In this document: positions 38,591 through 51,905 of the stretch, piece after piece | How the letters are laid out: the number at the start of each line of letters is the position of its first letter | How positions within the stretch are numbered: the first letter of the stretch is position 1 | Source: Sphyrna mokarran | Taxonomy: Eukaryota | Assembly (NCBI GenBank): GCA_024679065.1 | Contig: JAGIQG010000017.1 | Location: 30,504,001 to 30,568,000 of the forward strand | Direction of reading: 5' to 3' | DNA: 64,000 nt | Made by a program: the position numbers and the translations under genes | The notes under the pieces: generated by a model | Databases searched by the model: none | Seen by the model: only the letters and a program-made list of their open reading frames with translations | What the model was told of the DNA's origin: nothing

Positions 38591-39582
38591 TAGCATAGTC
38601 AATCAATCCAACACTGTGTACATACTGAAGCAAATCAGCTGGGATACGGGACACAGCAAAGCAGCAATTACAGTTTTGAAATAACTGTACCAAAAAATAA
38701 TAAAACAACTGTAACATTCATTATAAAGTGAACATTAGGGACTGCAGCCACCTGACTGCCTATCCAGATGGTAAAGTATAATAAAAAATATACTGCTTGA
38801 TGATTAATTGTCTCCAGCCTCTTTTCACCAATTGCCAACAGCAGTTTAAGGACACTCATGATCAGTATACTTTACAATGAAAAAGCAACACAGAATATTA
38901 AAATAAATCTTAAATGGTATATTTCTTAAACATCTCAAACTGTTCTCGAAACAATGAATCCAGATACTATAGAGTGAAATTGTTGGGAGAATTAGTCTAT
39001 CACTGGTGGCACAGACCTAAATTAATATACGTAGTTAAAATGGTGCAATTGCTTTAAATACCCAGTTAATACATGTACCTCAATCACATTAATTCAGAGC
39101 TATCACATTGATGGCCTTCCTAATTCTGGCTAATTACCCTTCCCCAATGATTTCATGAGCGACAAATGTGCAAAGAAAGAAAGAAAGAAAATCAGAGGAA
39201 AAGAACAAAAATTAAATGCAATAATAACTTTTTGAAACTGAGTTTCAAAGAGATAGCAACTAAAAGGCCTCTGTAATTAGTGGGATTCTGGCAGAGATCA
39301 AGGATTGGGTTTCTGCTGTGAAACAGTTCCTGGTGTCTATGCATCTGAGGTCAGTTCAGTTACTTCCTGGACAGGTGCAACTTAATTGGGGCAAATGATT
39401 GCTTTAGCTTTGGACACCGACCTCAGCGGCAGATGTGCATCGCTCAAGAAATTTTCACCCCTAACCTTCAACAAAAATATAAGCACAGTTGGTAACAGAG
39501 CGCAACAAATTTAAAATACAACCACAAGGTGCAATAAAGTCATTTTCTCAAAGCAAGTAAGGTGCAGTCAACATTGAAGAAA

Positions 39583-39915
39583 TACTTGCATTTATATAGC
39601 TCCTTTTCATACTTCTGAAATCTCCCCAGAGATAATGAATTACTTTGAAATGTAGAAGCCAAATACAGCTAAGTGTGGAAACAGGAGCAAGAGGAGTGAT
39701 CAATATGCCAGGACACGGAATCTTTTAGCTGAAACCTGGACGAAAGGAGCAGGCAGATGGAATATATCATCTTGTCTGAAAGACATCATACCTCCAGAGA
39801 TGCAACACCCTCTTCCTACTGCATCAAAATATCTGCTTAAATTACACACTCAAGTTCTCGGGTGGAGTTTGAACCCATAACCTCCTGACTCAGAGGCGAG
39901 ATCTAACATCTGATA
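39583..39915 (-). mobile_element. Deu-type (SacSINE1-like) tRNA-derived SINE
   Basis: Reverse complement has head CTCGCCTCTGAGTCAGGAGGTTATGGGTTCAAACTCCACCCGAGAACTTGAG, a Deu-like core (GGAGGT...TCTTTCAGACAAGAT) and tail GCTATATAAATGCAAGT. Weaker copies at ~37340, ~37870 and ~43560. Confidence 0.7.
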
Positions 39916-40721
39916 GCAGTTGATTTTGACATTACCCACCCAGAAGGAAACAGAGATAAAAATCAGGGAGAGCAGAACATTAAGGGTGGGGGGTACTCAA
40001 CGGTTTCGGTGCTCCTTATGTTATGGGGTTGCACTGGGGGAGTGCACGGGCAGATGGTGGATCAGGCCCCAGTTTTATTCTGTGTGCTTTGCCATTGAAA
40101 ACATGCCCGGCAGGAAGTAACCCACCGACATTCTCCATCATTACCACTATCTCCTATTTTAGTCTGTTTCAGCACAGATAGCAGACACATGCAGCAACCT
40201 AACTGACATCCTCAGGCCCAGCTGGCTGCTTAACTTTGACGTAAACAGAGAGGCTGACGGGCCTTTCACATCAAGAACAGGAATAGCATCCAGGTCCAGA
40301 TTAGGTCTAACCAGGGAAGATTTGCATTGTCCTTGTGTTCCTCAGAGCCCGACAAAGAAAAGTGAAAGCCCGAGGCCCCAGCCTCCCCTGTCTCAAGGTC
40401 TCCAGAAATTCCATCCCAGCAGCGTTCATTGTTGCCAGTTGTAAGCCACCTCCCATCAGAAATCCTTCTCCTGCCAGCTAACTGGCCATTTGGACTAGCA
40501 GCCTGCACATGAGACTTGGGAGTTAAAACAGCTGGACTGGATGCTGCTGAGATCTGTGGGGCACTTGCCTCTTCTTCCATCTCACCTACCCGCCTCCAAC
40601 TGTTTAACTTCATTTCCCTGTTAAAATCAGGGCTTTAATATATTTTTGCATGAATTTCTCAATTTTACATTTTAACAACAATGCTTCTTGTGTACCTTGA
40701 ACTGTTTGCCTCTTCCTTACA

Positions 40722-40875
40722 GTAAGAAGTCTTACAACACTAGGTTCAAGACCAGCAGGCTAATTTGGTATTTTGAGCTTTCGGAGTGCTGATCCTTCAT
40801 CAGGTGAGTCTCTAACTTGGAGTTGTGAGACTCCTGATTGTGCCCACCCCTGTCTAAGCAAGAGTCTCCACATCA
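40722..40875. mobile_element. Penelope-like terminal repeat with internal inverted arms
   Basis: GTAAGAAGTCTTACAACACTAGGTT...AACTTGGAGTTGTGAGACTCCTGA are inverted arms around GAGCTTTCGGAGTGCTGATCCTTCATCAGGTGAG. A related end occurs at ~17262-17305. Confidence 0.65.
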
Positions 40876-43800
40876 AGTCTTTCCTATAGGACTGCTGAAT
40901 CACTTGGCCAACACAAAGAAATGAGAGAAGGTGATCTATTACTGGACCCTACCTGACAGAAGGTAAGTGCCTCAAAAGCACTGTGGGTGTATCACCCTTT
41001 GTATGAGGAAGCACACTGATACCATGAAACTGAAAACTCAATGCAAAATTGCAGAGCAAGAGGGGTGAGGTGATTTGATACAACTTCATTACATGTGTAT
41101 TTAAATTGTAATGTAGCAAGCTAATCTTCAATCAGATTTGACTTCATTACCAGCTATCTAAATGGTCAGAGGTGCTGCAGGTACCTCTGCCCCAGGTTCA
41201 AGCTGCACAACTTGCTGTAATGTGGTTATGTGAACTGGTTCCCCTTTAAGAGGAAATGACAAATTAAAGCATGCAGCTGGAAATAATCTCCAGTCGTAAT
41301 CAAATCCACAAGCGTGGAATTTTTACTGCCATTCCTGTTCCTTCATTCCAGTTATTCACAAATCTGTAGCTATCAGATCTGATGAAAAACATCTGACAGA
41401 AAGGCAAATTTCAAAAAGCCTAGTGTCTGCTTATTTGTTCTCTTTTAAGTTGGCTTCAAAGCCACATTTATAAAACAACAAAGCACGATTACCCTCAAAT
41501 GTAGATGAAACTTACTTTAACATATCATGGGCAAGAGGGACTCTTAAGCTGCTTTAAATATTTTTAATACAAAAGCAAAGAACAAATGAAAGACATGCCA
41601 TGGGAACGCTGCCTTTCTTTCACATCTTGCCACACAGCAGCATTGTTTTCCCCCACAACAATCACTGGGAAGGAAGGGCCTTTGCCAAACTACAAATGAG
41701 TTATGGCTGTAATGTGTATAATACGATTAAATAGAACATGTTTAGCAGTTTGTCTGGGAATTACATTTCTGAGGTACAGTTTTGTGGGGGTAAGTTGCCT
41801 GCCAGCACCTCACCCAAATTCCCGCCTTCTGTTCTTGAACACTATCAAATGTTAATGGGTTACTTGACCAGAAGGAGAGTCATAGTCAAACCTGGTGCAC
41901 TCCTCAGTCATTGTCCATGCAGTGCACTTGCCAGCAGGGGCCACTGCATAACAATGGGAGCAGAAAGCCTGGCTGCTGATTCCTCCTATTCTTGCCCTTA
42001 AGACTTTGCAGCCAACTGTTCCAAACCTACTGCCTATCTTAACAAAGAATAGGGGAGTGAAGCTGGGACATGGTGCTTCTGTGTGATGGTGCACAAAGCC
42101 ACTGAGTAGTTCTTATTATTCTGGTCAAAAAGCTATACAGAAATGGATTCAAATGGCTAAAAGAATTTAACCCAGAGGAGCAATCACAAGTTTAACCCTG
42201 GAATCAAGGGTCCTGCTAAATCAAACCAAAAAGGATGCGAAATAGCATGAATGCAAAATAGGGTTACATAAATCATGATTGATTAATGCCAAAGACTTGC
42301 ATGAAGTGCATTGTAGTTGTCACATACTTAAGTAAAAGTCCAGGCTTGGTCATTAACTGCCCACTGGGAGATCTGTCTGTCACAATTAAACAAAGAAAGC
42401 TAATATCTACAAATGTCTTGATGGAGCAAACATTACTGGAGGCTTCTAAATTACTTCATAGAGGCATGAATACAACATGGAAGTGCTTTAGGAGACCAGA
42501 TAATGATATTTCCTTAACACTGGGGGCACATATTTCTATGTAGTCGTTGAGTGGGTGATTGTGATCTTTCATTAGTGGCTATTCAGAGGCAGAACTAATT
42601 TACACATCTATATACCTGTCTCTGGGCTATTGCCTGGCCTGATTAACTTCTACTCGTCTCAGATGCAGTCGAAATAAGGTCAGATGTGGACACGCAGAAC
42701 ACTCAGGTCAAGCTGATTCTTTTTGCCATCGTAACACAATTGAACCATCTTCCAGTGTAATAATCTGGAACGTGTAGACTCATGAAATTGGCTCAAGTTG
42801 CGGAACATAATATTGGAATAGCTGGCTGGAAGAGAGACAACTATAGATACATCTGTCCTGATTCTACAGAAATCTTACTCATTCCCATTGCTCTAATCGA
42901 CAGAAGTAGAATATCTACTGTAGGTAGAGTTTAAGGATACCCCGTTATAACCAAATAATGTGCAAAGCACACGAAGAATTTCATAGACTGTTTTATGCAG
43001 CTAAAAATACTGTTCACTGAAATTGGAAAATTTACTTTTATTCAATGTGAATAAAGATGTCAAAGTTTTCACTGGCTGGCACTTACTAACTCAATCCACA
43101 ATGGATGGTCATGTTAATATTGTATCTATTACCAGAAATGCCCAGCTTTACCCTTTGCCTGTTCCTCTCCATCAACTCTTGGGGTGTGTCGATTACTATT
43201 ATTGAGCCAACAAAAGGGATAAACATTTTCTCAACTTCAATAGGGATGTGAAACAAGCTAGATCAGGTCAGCTGTCCCATTATATGCCCCTTCACCATTT
43301 TACTCTCCATCTTATTTGGAAAGGAAAGTCAGCGGTCTGTATATTGGGTGGTCTATTTTACTCATCTAATACCTCAACTTCTCTGCCCAAGCACTTCTAC
43401 ATCGCTGCTCCTAGTAAATTATACTGTGGCTGTAGACATTCCACAGTATGGGGTTTGGAAAGGTCCATGCAAACCAGAAACATCCTGTAGAAGTTGAGGC
43501 AACTGCATTATGTTAATAGGGCATTGTTATCCCCGCATTTAAAGTGCAGCACTAAAAGAACTTGCATTATCTGGCACTTTTTAGATGCTCAGAATGTCCC
43601 AAAGGAATGAATAGCCAAATTACTTTGCACTGTAATACGTGTTGCTGTGCACACAGCAGCCAATTTTCAAGACGCAAGTTAACAAACAATGGATTAATGT
43701 GCTTTGGACATGCTGATCGAGGGAGGAATGTTGGCCAGGAAGCCTGGAAAACATTCCTGCTTTCTTCAAATAGATCTTTTACATTTGTTTGAATATACAC

Positions 43801-44081
43801 CAGGATGCAATTTAACATCTCATCCACATGATAGCACTCAGAATGCCATTGAAATGTTGTGTACTCTTGTACCTGATGTGAAGCCTCATGACCATCATTG
43901 AGCCTGCCTGACCCTGCCATTATAGTGGAAACAAATAGAACATAGGATCTAGCCTAGTCTTAAATCGTTCTTCAGCTGAAATTTAGGAAAGCTGCCTGAC
44001 CAATTTATCGGGCAACCTAACATTCTCAGGATTCTTCAATTATCACCCACTAAAGACACAATGACTGTACAATCTGCTTAC

Positions 44082-44139
44082 CTTCACAAATGCGATCCAA
44101 TCGTTGTCGTTTCACTTTGTGCTTGTCCATCAGAGACAT
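44082..44139 (-). CDS. CTBP2: CtBP2-L first coding segment (MSLMDKHKVKRQRLDRICE+G), containing the NLS-like KVKRQR
   Basis: Reverse complement reads ATG TCT CTG ATG GAC AAG CAC AAA GTG AAA CGA CAA CGA TTG GAT CGC ATT TGT GAA G|GTAAGC. This matches the CtBP2 N-terminus MALVDKHKVKRQRLDRICEG. 58 coding nt, phase-1 donor. Too short for the ORF track. Confidence 0.96.
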
Positions 44140-44250
44140 CAGCAGAGTTAATGAATGAATTCCTTTCAATATAACAAGCAAACAGGGATTGAGGTGTTCA
44201 CAATTCAGGTGAATCCACAGGAGTTGACGTGCATAACTCTAATCCAAATC
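44140..44250 (-). other. CTBP2: 5'UTR portion of the CtBP2-L start exon (whole exon 44082-44250, 169 nt)
   Basis: Strong acceptor cttgtgtcttcatctttctttttAG|GATTTG with the AG at 44252-44251. This implies further non-coding exon(s) upstream. Confidence 0.85.
44205..44234 (-). promoter_or_regulatory. 9-codon upstream ORF (MHVNSCGFT*) in the CtBP2-L leader
   Basis: ATG CAC GTC AAC TCC TGT GGA TTC ACC TGA, ending 65 nt before the main ATG. Confidence 0.75.
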
Positions 44251-45892
44251 CTAAAAAGAAAGATGAAGACACAAGAGTAGTCAGTGAAACTGGAACTACA
44301 CAGGTACTTATCCCCTAGAACTTATATCAACATAGTGGAAAAGGATAATCGTATTTTCGTCAGGAAACCCCAATATCCCATAAAAAAATCACAATTCCAA
44401 CATAAACACAAAGCATAATTTATATCAAAAATCTTTTCACCGTTGTATCCTATCACTGATCATCATCCTGAATGTGAAAGGTTCTTGAGCAGCACAGTGA
44501 TGATTTCTCACTTGCTTATGCAATAAAATACTGATTAGGAAAGCAGCATTTCCAGTCATTTAAAGGTTAACCAACCTATTCAGTGTGCAACAAAGCCTTG
44601 TGTCTCATATACACAAAGCCAAGACAACAATAGTTCTCAGCTAGAACACTGGCCAAATCAAGGTCAGAAGCCCTCCTCGTATCTTGTGACCTTTTCTGCT
44701 ACCATAATAATTACATGTCCATAAGACTCTGTGAGACCTTCATTAATAAGCAGCTCAATGGCTCAAGTAGATGCCCAAGAAACCAGTCTGCCATCTGTAC
44801 TCACAGCCAGTCCACCATCACTGCGATGAGGTCAGGGGTTAGAACCTATATTGATTTTGATGCAAAGCTGGAGGTAAACATGTAACTAAATCCCGTGTGT
44901 GCCTCCCTTGTGATGCATTTATTAACTATTCAAGTGATGCACTGACACATTGCAAGAGTAGAATTCAGCTGCACTACATACCACAACATATCATTGCATT
45001 GTGCTGTCACGACAACAATTGGATGTTGTAAGCTCAGGCCAATCAGTACAGATGGGTCTTCTGCCTGATGGATAGTCAAACAATAACCTCCGTTGCTCAA
45101 GAGAAGGTGGAACTCATATGTTGATTAAATGCACTGTTCAGACCAGAGGCCCACATAGGAGATATTGCCATAACTGTCTTGTGGGACAGAAGTTAAAACA
45201 AGATCGCCGAAATTAGAGCTGGAAGTTGAATGATCAGTCGCAAATATTTACCATTATTCCTCATTTTTCTCTTCCTTTATTCTCAGAAGTATTTATGTCG
45301 ACGTTTATAAAGTAACAACTCAGGATTCATTCAGCCTCTGACGCTATCTGTGACAGGGATCACACACAGGACTGGCACAAATTATCACAAAAAACCTAAC
45401 CAATCTGCAGTATTAATATTCTCAAAGCAGGTTACTGCCATTATTTGAAAAAACTCCAATGATAAAAGAAGTGGACTTCACAGAATTTTTTAAAAGTATG
45501 TCGGTGTATAGCAAACAATGTAATTAACAATAATCAACATACTGGGTCATTGGAGGGGGTCTGAAAAGCAATGCTGAACACAACTGCTGAACATATGGCT
45601 TCAATTTTCCTTGGTTTAAGATAACAGAACAAAAAGAAACCACTTCTGGTAAAAAAAAGTTGTTGCTATCATACTGAATAACATGCTCTCAACCGTGTTA
45701 GGAGCTGGGGAAAATCATGCTGCAGTATGGCAGGTTTTCGAATCTGGTTTTCACACAGTATTTTATTGGACTTCATCTACTTTTTATAAGGACACACAAA
45801 ATAATTATTTTAAATACTTGTGGTGATAATCACATCACCACTGGATCACCAATCCTGGTGATTTCTGCATTCAATTCCTGCATTCAAAGTTT

Positions 45893-46183
45893 AAAATTTA
45901 TTTATTAGTGTCATAAGCAGCTTACATTAACACTGCAATGAAGTTACTGTGAAAATTCCCTAGACGCCACGCTCCTAGGCGCCTATTCAGGTACACCGAC
46001 AGCCAATGTACCTAACCGTCTTTCAGAACATGGGAGGACACTGGAGCACCTGGAAGACTCGGACACAAACACGAGGAGAACATGCAGAGTCTGCATAGAC
46101 AATGACCCAAGCTGGGAATCAAATCCCAAGTCCCTGACACTGTGAGGCAGCAATGCTAAGCACTGTATCACCATGCTGCCCCA
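45893..46183 (-). mobile_element. HE1-type SINE, tail B
   Basis: TTTATTTATTAGTGTCATAAG..GCTTACATTAACACTGCAATGAAGTTACTGTGAAAA...GCACTGTATCACCATGCTGCCCC. Confidence 0.88.
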
Positions 46184-46629
46184 CAATCATAAAATCTGCT
46201 GAAAATGAGAACACAGTTGGCAACTTTCAGAAGATTCTCCATTCAGAGAAAGCAGATTTTTTTGAAGTAGCATGCTCAGTGAGATAAGCAAATAGATTTA
46301 AATAATTTGATGAACACATTTAGTAAGATCAAATCAGCATTGCTATCCACTTGCCAATGTAAAGATACAAAGAATTTTAAAATAGATCTACTGATTCAGT
46401 CCACTGTACCTTTGCAAGATCCGAAAAGGGTTTTCTACTCTGTACAGCTACCCTGATCTTTCCATTTTCCAAAATGTTTACCTATTTCCTTTTTAATAGC
46501 AATTGTGAATTCCTCCTCAACCACTACTTCTTGTAGAACATTTCCTGTCCTACTTTACTGTGTGAAAGAAATTCTGTTAATCGGTGCCTTTATTTTTGGT
46601 GATGATCTTAAATTTATGCCTCCTAGTTT

Positions 46630-49120
46630 TTTAAATTCTTTTATGGGACGTGAGCACTGCTGGCTTCTCCAACATTTATTACCCATCCCTAATTGCCCTT
46701 GAGAAGGTGGCGGTGAGCTGCCTTCTTGAAATACTGCAGTTCATTTTTTTAGAAATTATATTTACAGGATGTGGGCGTCGCTGGCCAGACCAGCATTTAT
46801 TGCCCATCTCTAGTTGACTTTCAGAAGGTGGTGGTGAGCTGCCTTTTTGAAGTGCTGCAGTTTCTGTGACATACGTATACCCACAGTGCTATTAGGAAGC
46901 CTATGGGTGTTGATTAAGTGGGTTACTTTGTTGGATAGATGTTTTCCCTGGTTGGAGCATTGAGAACAATGTCTCAGAAAATTGTCTCAGAATAAGGGGC
47001 ACACCATTTAGGATTGCAATCAGGAGAAATTTCTTCAGAGCATCGTGAATCTTTGAAATTCTCTATCTCAGAGGGCCGTGGAAGCTGTTATTGAGTTTGA
47101 GATCGATAGGTTTCTGGACACTAATGGCATCAAGCGACAGTGAGTAGCACAGGAAAATGGTGCTGAGAGGGATGATTGGCCATCAAGTTGAATAATGGAG
47201 CAGGCTCTCAGGGCTAAATGGCCTACATCTGTTCCAATGCTTCTATGTCCTGGATGGTTTTGAACTTCTTGAGTGTTGTTGAAGCTGCATTCGGGCAAGT
47301 GGAGAATATTCCATCATACTTCTGACTTGGCACTGTAGATGGTGAACAAGCTTTGAAGAATTAGGAAGGGAGTTACTCAACACAGGATTCCTAACCTCTG
47401 ACCACTCCTGGAGCCACAATATTTATATAGCTATCCCAGTTCAGTTTCTGCTCAATGGTAATCCCGAGGATGCTCCTAGCTGGGGGATTCAGCAATGATA
47501 ATATCATTGAATGTCAAAGGACAATAGTTAGATTCTCTCTTGTCGGAGATGGTCACTGCCTGGTACTTAAATGGAAAGTAACAATCCCGCTACACACAGG
47601 CCTAAGCTTAAATGTTGTCCACGTCTTGCTACATGTGGACAAGGACTGATTCAGTAACTGAGTTGTCGTAAATAATGCTGAACATTGTTTTCAGCAACCA
47701 TTCCCATTTCAGAGATTATGATGGAGGAAAGGTCACTGATGAAGCAGCCGAAGATGGTTGAGCTGAGGACACTATCCTGAAGAACTCGTGCAATGATGTC
47801 CTGCATCTGATTGGCCTCTAACAAGTAAACCATCTTCCTTTCTGCTAGGTATGACTCCAACTACTGGAGAGGTTCCCCCGATTTCCATTGCTTTCACTTT
47901 TACCAGAGTTTCTTGATGCCACATTCAGTCAAATGCTACCTTGAGGTCAAGGTTACTCTCAAAGGTCCTGAGTTCCATGTTTGAATTAAGTCTGTACTGA
48001 GGTTAAGAGTTGAGTGACAGAATGCAAACTCAGTAGGTTATTGCTGTGTCAGTGCTGCAGCATAGCACTTCCACAACATGTGCCAAAAATTTGCTGATGA
48101 TTGACAGAAGGCTGAAAGGACAATAATTAGCCAGATTGGGATTGTCTGTTTTTTTGTGGACAAGATATACCTCAGTGGAGTTTTCCTTACCCATATATGA
48201 CTTAATGCCATGAGTTTCCAGTCAAGGGGGTGATTTTGCAGCCCCATCTGATGCATGCACAATCCTGTTATGGCCAGAAACTTCAGTGGGAAGGCCATAA
48301 CGATATCTGTGATAGGGAGATTTCAGATTGAAATCTTCCCCACCTGCCAGCTAGCAATGCCATCATGTTCTTCCCCAGTAAGGGCATGAACTTGATTACC
48401 ATACATTTACATCAGCTTATGTTGCCTCTTCCAGGAATATTAGATGTTCCCACCCACCAACATGATGCAACTCTGGCAGGAATCTCTAGTGGTCGTCAAA
48501 AACGGAGACCAGGCATGGTGACCATGCCGGGGACTCAGAGGCCAGTGTAGTCCAAAGGTTCAGGGTCACAGCTGGACAGTAGTCTGACACTGCCCCATAT
48601 GGCAGCAGCAAACTGATAGTGCTATCTTGGGTCAGTGTGCCAGCAATGGGGCTAGGAGATGGAGCAGTGGGAGAGCATCTTTAACAATAATTTGGTATTG
48701 GGGCACACTTTAGAAAGGGCCTTCCGATCTCAGAGGAATGGACTTTCTGGCATCTTTAAACCTGGTCCCTCTCCCTCCCCTTGTAAATAAATTACAAACT
48801 GTTGGAAGATCATGATCAGGATTGCACCACCTGAACAGCGGAAATCACAATAAGTTTCCCGACCAAGATGATATTTTGTCTTTTTTTTGGAAAATTTCAC
48901 CAAATGTTAAGATCTCCCAGGGTAACTATTTCCTGACTGGATACCTCTGTGCCACCACCTCTGCTGGGTCTGTTCTGCAATGACCAGGAATGGTGGTGTT
49001 TGGGACATAGGCTCTAAGGTATGATTTGGTGAATATGATTACCTCAGGCTTGTTTCTGGAACAGCTCTCCCAATTTTGGCACAAGCCCTCAGATATTAGT
49101 AAGGAGCACTTTGCAGTGTT
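46630..49120 (-). mobile_element. Decayed CR1-group LINE (second family) with duplicated tail, nested + strand CR1 (~46900-47245) and nested GC-rich element (~48170-48920)
   Basis: ESYLAERKMV...QDIIARVLQDSVLSSTIFGCFISDLSSIIISEMGMVAENN corresponds to RT PQGSVLGP..F..FINDL...FADD. The tail occurs twice (46640-46740 and 46765-46862). Confidence 0.8.
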
Positions 49121-50609
49121 ATTAGGGTGTGCCTATCAAAAGTTTTTGTCTAATGTTGTTGCCAAGTGATCTGTTTGATTTTATTCCAATAGAAATCCTT
49201 TTTCGCTTACCAAAACTTCTTCTAATTTTAAATATCTTTACCAGATCTCCTTGTAACCTCCTTTGTTTTATATAAATTTAATTGCATATCGCAATGTATG
49301 AAAAAACCAGGTAGACATTGGAAATAAATGCTGTCAGTCTAATTACTTTAACCCATATTAATTAAGCCAGGACCAGTTTGCTGTTGCAACTGATTGGATC
49401 ATTATATGCTATTGTAATACTGTAGTGCAAGCACTTTTATATTCATAATATATTCATAATTTTTTTTACACCCAAGAAATTTGAAGAATTGTTAACATGT
49501 AGGTCTATAACATTACACTGCACTAATGGCCAGGGAAATGGGAAGGCGTACTGAATTATGGCATAGAACTTGTACTAGAACTGTTTTATTGGTATTTAAC
49601 ATCTTTAACATGGTGGAGAAGACAGGCTTCCTGCTAATTCGGAATATAGACATCTGTCAAGGGAGATGAGGGAGATGAACAAGAGGGTTCTCACTTAACT
49701 GCTGGAACAATTAAAGAGATAATCTTTCAGAAGAGGATAGTAATACCCTTCAGTAGGCTTATGCGGCCTATTCCTGACTCCTATGTTCATTTTCAACTTT
49801 AGGTTCAATTAATTCACTTTCTGTCAGTCTTCTGCCAAGCTTGTTCTTAAGTCAGCATTTTAAACTTGTAGATTCAGTTTGGGAGTCCCCCCACCCCCAC
49901 CTCCTGCAAGGCTGCTGTAACATCAATATGTTCAAAACTTTCTCCTGTTCATATGTGTCAATGGTTTTCAATTATGTATCTCTATTGAAATATGTTTATT
50001 TGCAAGGCAGCAAGTACACCGCTGTGAAATATTTTACTGTGGGGATAGTGATATTCCTTGCAGTATGTGAAGGAATTGGCTGCTGACTCAAGAGAACCAA
50101 AGAAATGCTTCCTTAAGGATACCTTAATAAAGACTGTCATGATTTAACACCAACACACTTTTCTGTCATAACATCAATGAATCATCAACCTTGTTCCCCC
50201 CATCTCCCCCATAATTATTGGGCATAATTTTCCTTTTATCATCAAAAGATATAGCTTTTAATTTCCTCTCAGTCCTGTAACTTCTTCCCCACTTTCTTTC
50301 ATGCATTTGCAAATACGCGCAACTTTAATCATTGCTTTCTTGGAGGTCAGATGTGCTGCAACTTATAGTAACAATACTGAGTCACTCATTAACTGTCATA
50401 ACAGGAATACAACTGCTATAAATAGTGTACAGTACATTAATTTAACATTGAACACGTTGTGAAAATGTGACTGCTCATTGAGTCAGCAAGGGGAATCGCA
50501 AAAGCTTGCATCACAAGAGGCCTTTTAGATTATCATCGATAGCAAGAGGGAACAAAAAAACATCTTCTATACTGGTAAAAAAACAATGCACCAATAATGA
50601 GGGTTCTTA

Positions 50610-50943
50610 GAGAATCCTTACAAAGCAGGAGACCAGTTAACCCATCAAGTTTGCACTGACTTTCTAACAGAATATTTTATCCAGGCCCTCTTCCTCACAA
50701 CTCCTCACAATTACCATGGCTAATCTATCCAACATAAAGATCTTGGGACACGAAAGGGCAATTTTACCATAGCCAATCTTTCTAACCCGCACATCTTTTA
50801 AGTGTGGGAGGCAACCGGAACACCCGGACGAAACCAATGCAGACAGTGGGAGAACATGCAAGCTCCAGACAGACACTCAAAGTTGAAATCGAACCCGGAT
50901 CCCTAGCACTGTGAGACAGCAATGCTAACCACTATGCCACCAT
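50610..50943 (-). mobile_element. HE1-type SINE (tail A)
   Basis: GGAGGCAACCGGAACACCCGGACGAAACC...CGAACCCGGATCCCTAGCACTGTGAGACAGCAATGCTAACCACTATGCCACC. Confidence 0.88.
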
Positions 50944-50972
50944 CTTGTTGTTTGCATAGGTCTGAAGAAGGG

Positions 50973-51014
50973 TGTGTGCGTGTGTGTGTGTGCGCGTGTG
51001 CGTGTGTGCGCGCA
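50973..51014. repeat. Mixed (GT)/(GC) alternating purine-pyrimidine tract
   Basis: GTGTGTGCGTGTGTGTGTGTGCGCGTGTGCGTGTGTGCGCGCAC. Confidence 0.9.
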
Positions 51015-51309
51015 CCCCACACTACATGTGAAATGATATATCTGCAACATGCTGTCATATTTGAAGAAAAATACCAAAGTAAGGAAATAAGATCATTCAT
51101 GGTGCTATGAATGCACATGCCTAATTATCGGAGCAGTTAACTACAGGATGTGGGTCCCTTCAACAATGGAGTTTGAAACATGTGGTTCACAAACAAACAT
51201 TTCAGCTCAATCTGACTTTTATTTACCACTCATTATTTTTTTCAAGTTTAAATTTCATCAAACCCAAGCTTTGGAAGCGATTAGGTAAACCATGATTATT
51301 ATCCACAGC

Positions 51310-51628
51310 TGCAGCACCGGTGGTCAGCACTGCTGCCTCACAAGGCCAGGAACCCAGGTTCGATTCCCAGCTTGACTCACTATTTATGCGAAGTTTGGAC
51401 TTTCTCCCTGTGTCTGCGTGGGTTTCCTCAGGATGCTCCGGTTTTCTCTTACAATCCAAAAATGTGTGGGTTAGGTTCATTGGCCATGCTAAATTGCTGC
51501 TGAGTGACAGGGGGGATAGCTAGGGTAAATGCATGGGGTTATGGGGATAAAGCCTTGGTGGGATCATAGTCAGTGCAGACTTGATGGGCTGAATGACCAC
51601 CTTCTGCACCACAGGGTTTCCATGATTA
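51310..51628 (+). mobile_element. HE1-type SINE (tail A)
   Basis: GTGGTCAGCACTGCTGCCTCACAAGGCCAGGAACCCAGGTTCGATTCC...GAATGACCACCTTCTGCACC. Confidence 0.9.
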
Positions 51629-51629
51629 C

Positions 51630-51905
51630 TTAGAGTAAAGAAGGAGAGGATATTCGGTCCATCGAGTCTGCACCAACAACAATCCCATCCATGCCCTATC
51701 CCCGTAATCCTTCTTATCTAGATATCCCAGAACACCAAGGAGCAATTTAGCATGGCCAACGTAACTACCCATCACATCTTTGGACTGAGAGAGGAAACCG
51801 AAGCACCTGGAAGAAAGTCATGCAAATACCACACAGTGACCCAAGCCAGGAATTGAACCCAGGTCACTGGATCAGTGAGGCAGCAATGTTAATCACTATA
51901 CCACC
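51630..51905 (-). mobile_element. HE1-type SINE, tail-to-tail with the previous copy
   Basis: TTTAGCATGGCCAA...CTTTGGACTGAGAGAGGAAACC...GAATTGAACCCAGG...ACTATACCACC. Confidence 0.85.

Noticed and set aside
39230-39248. Perfect short inverted repeat TTTGAAACT-G-AGTTTCAAA
   Set aside because: A single AT-rich 9-bp stem with no supporting context.
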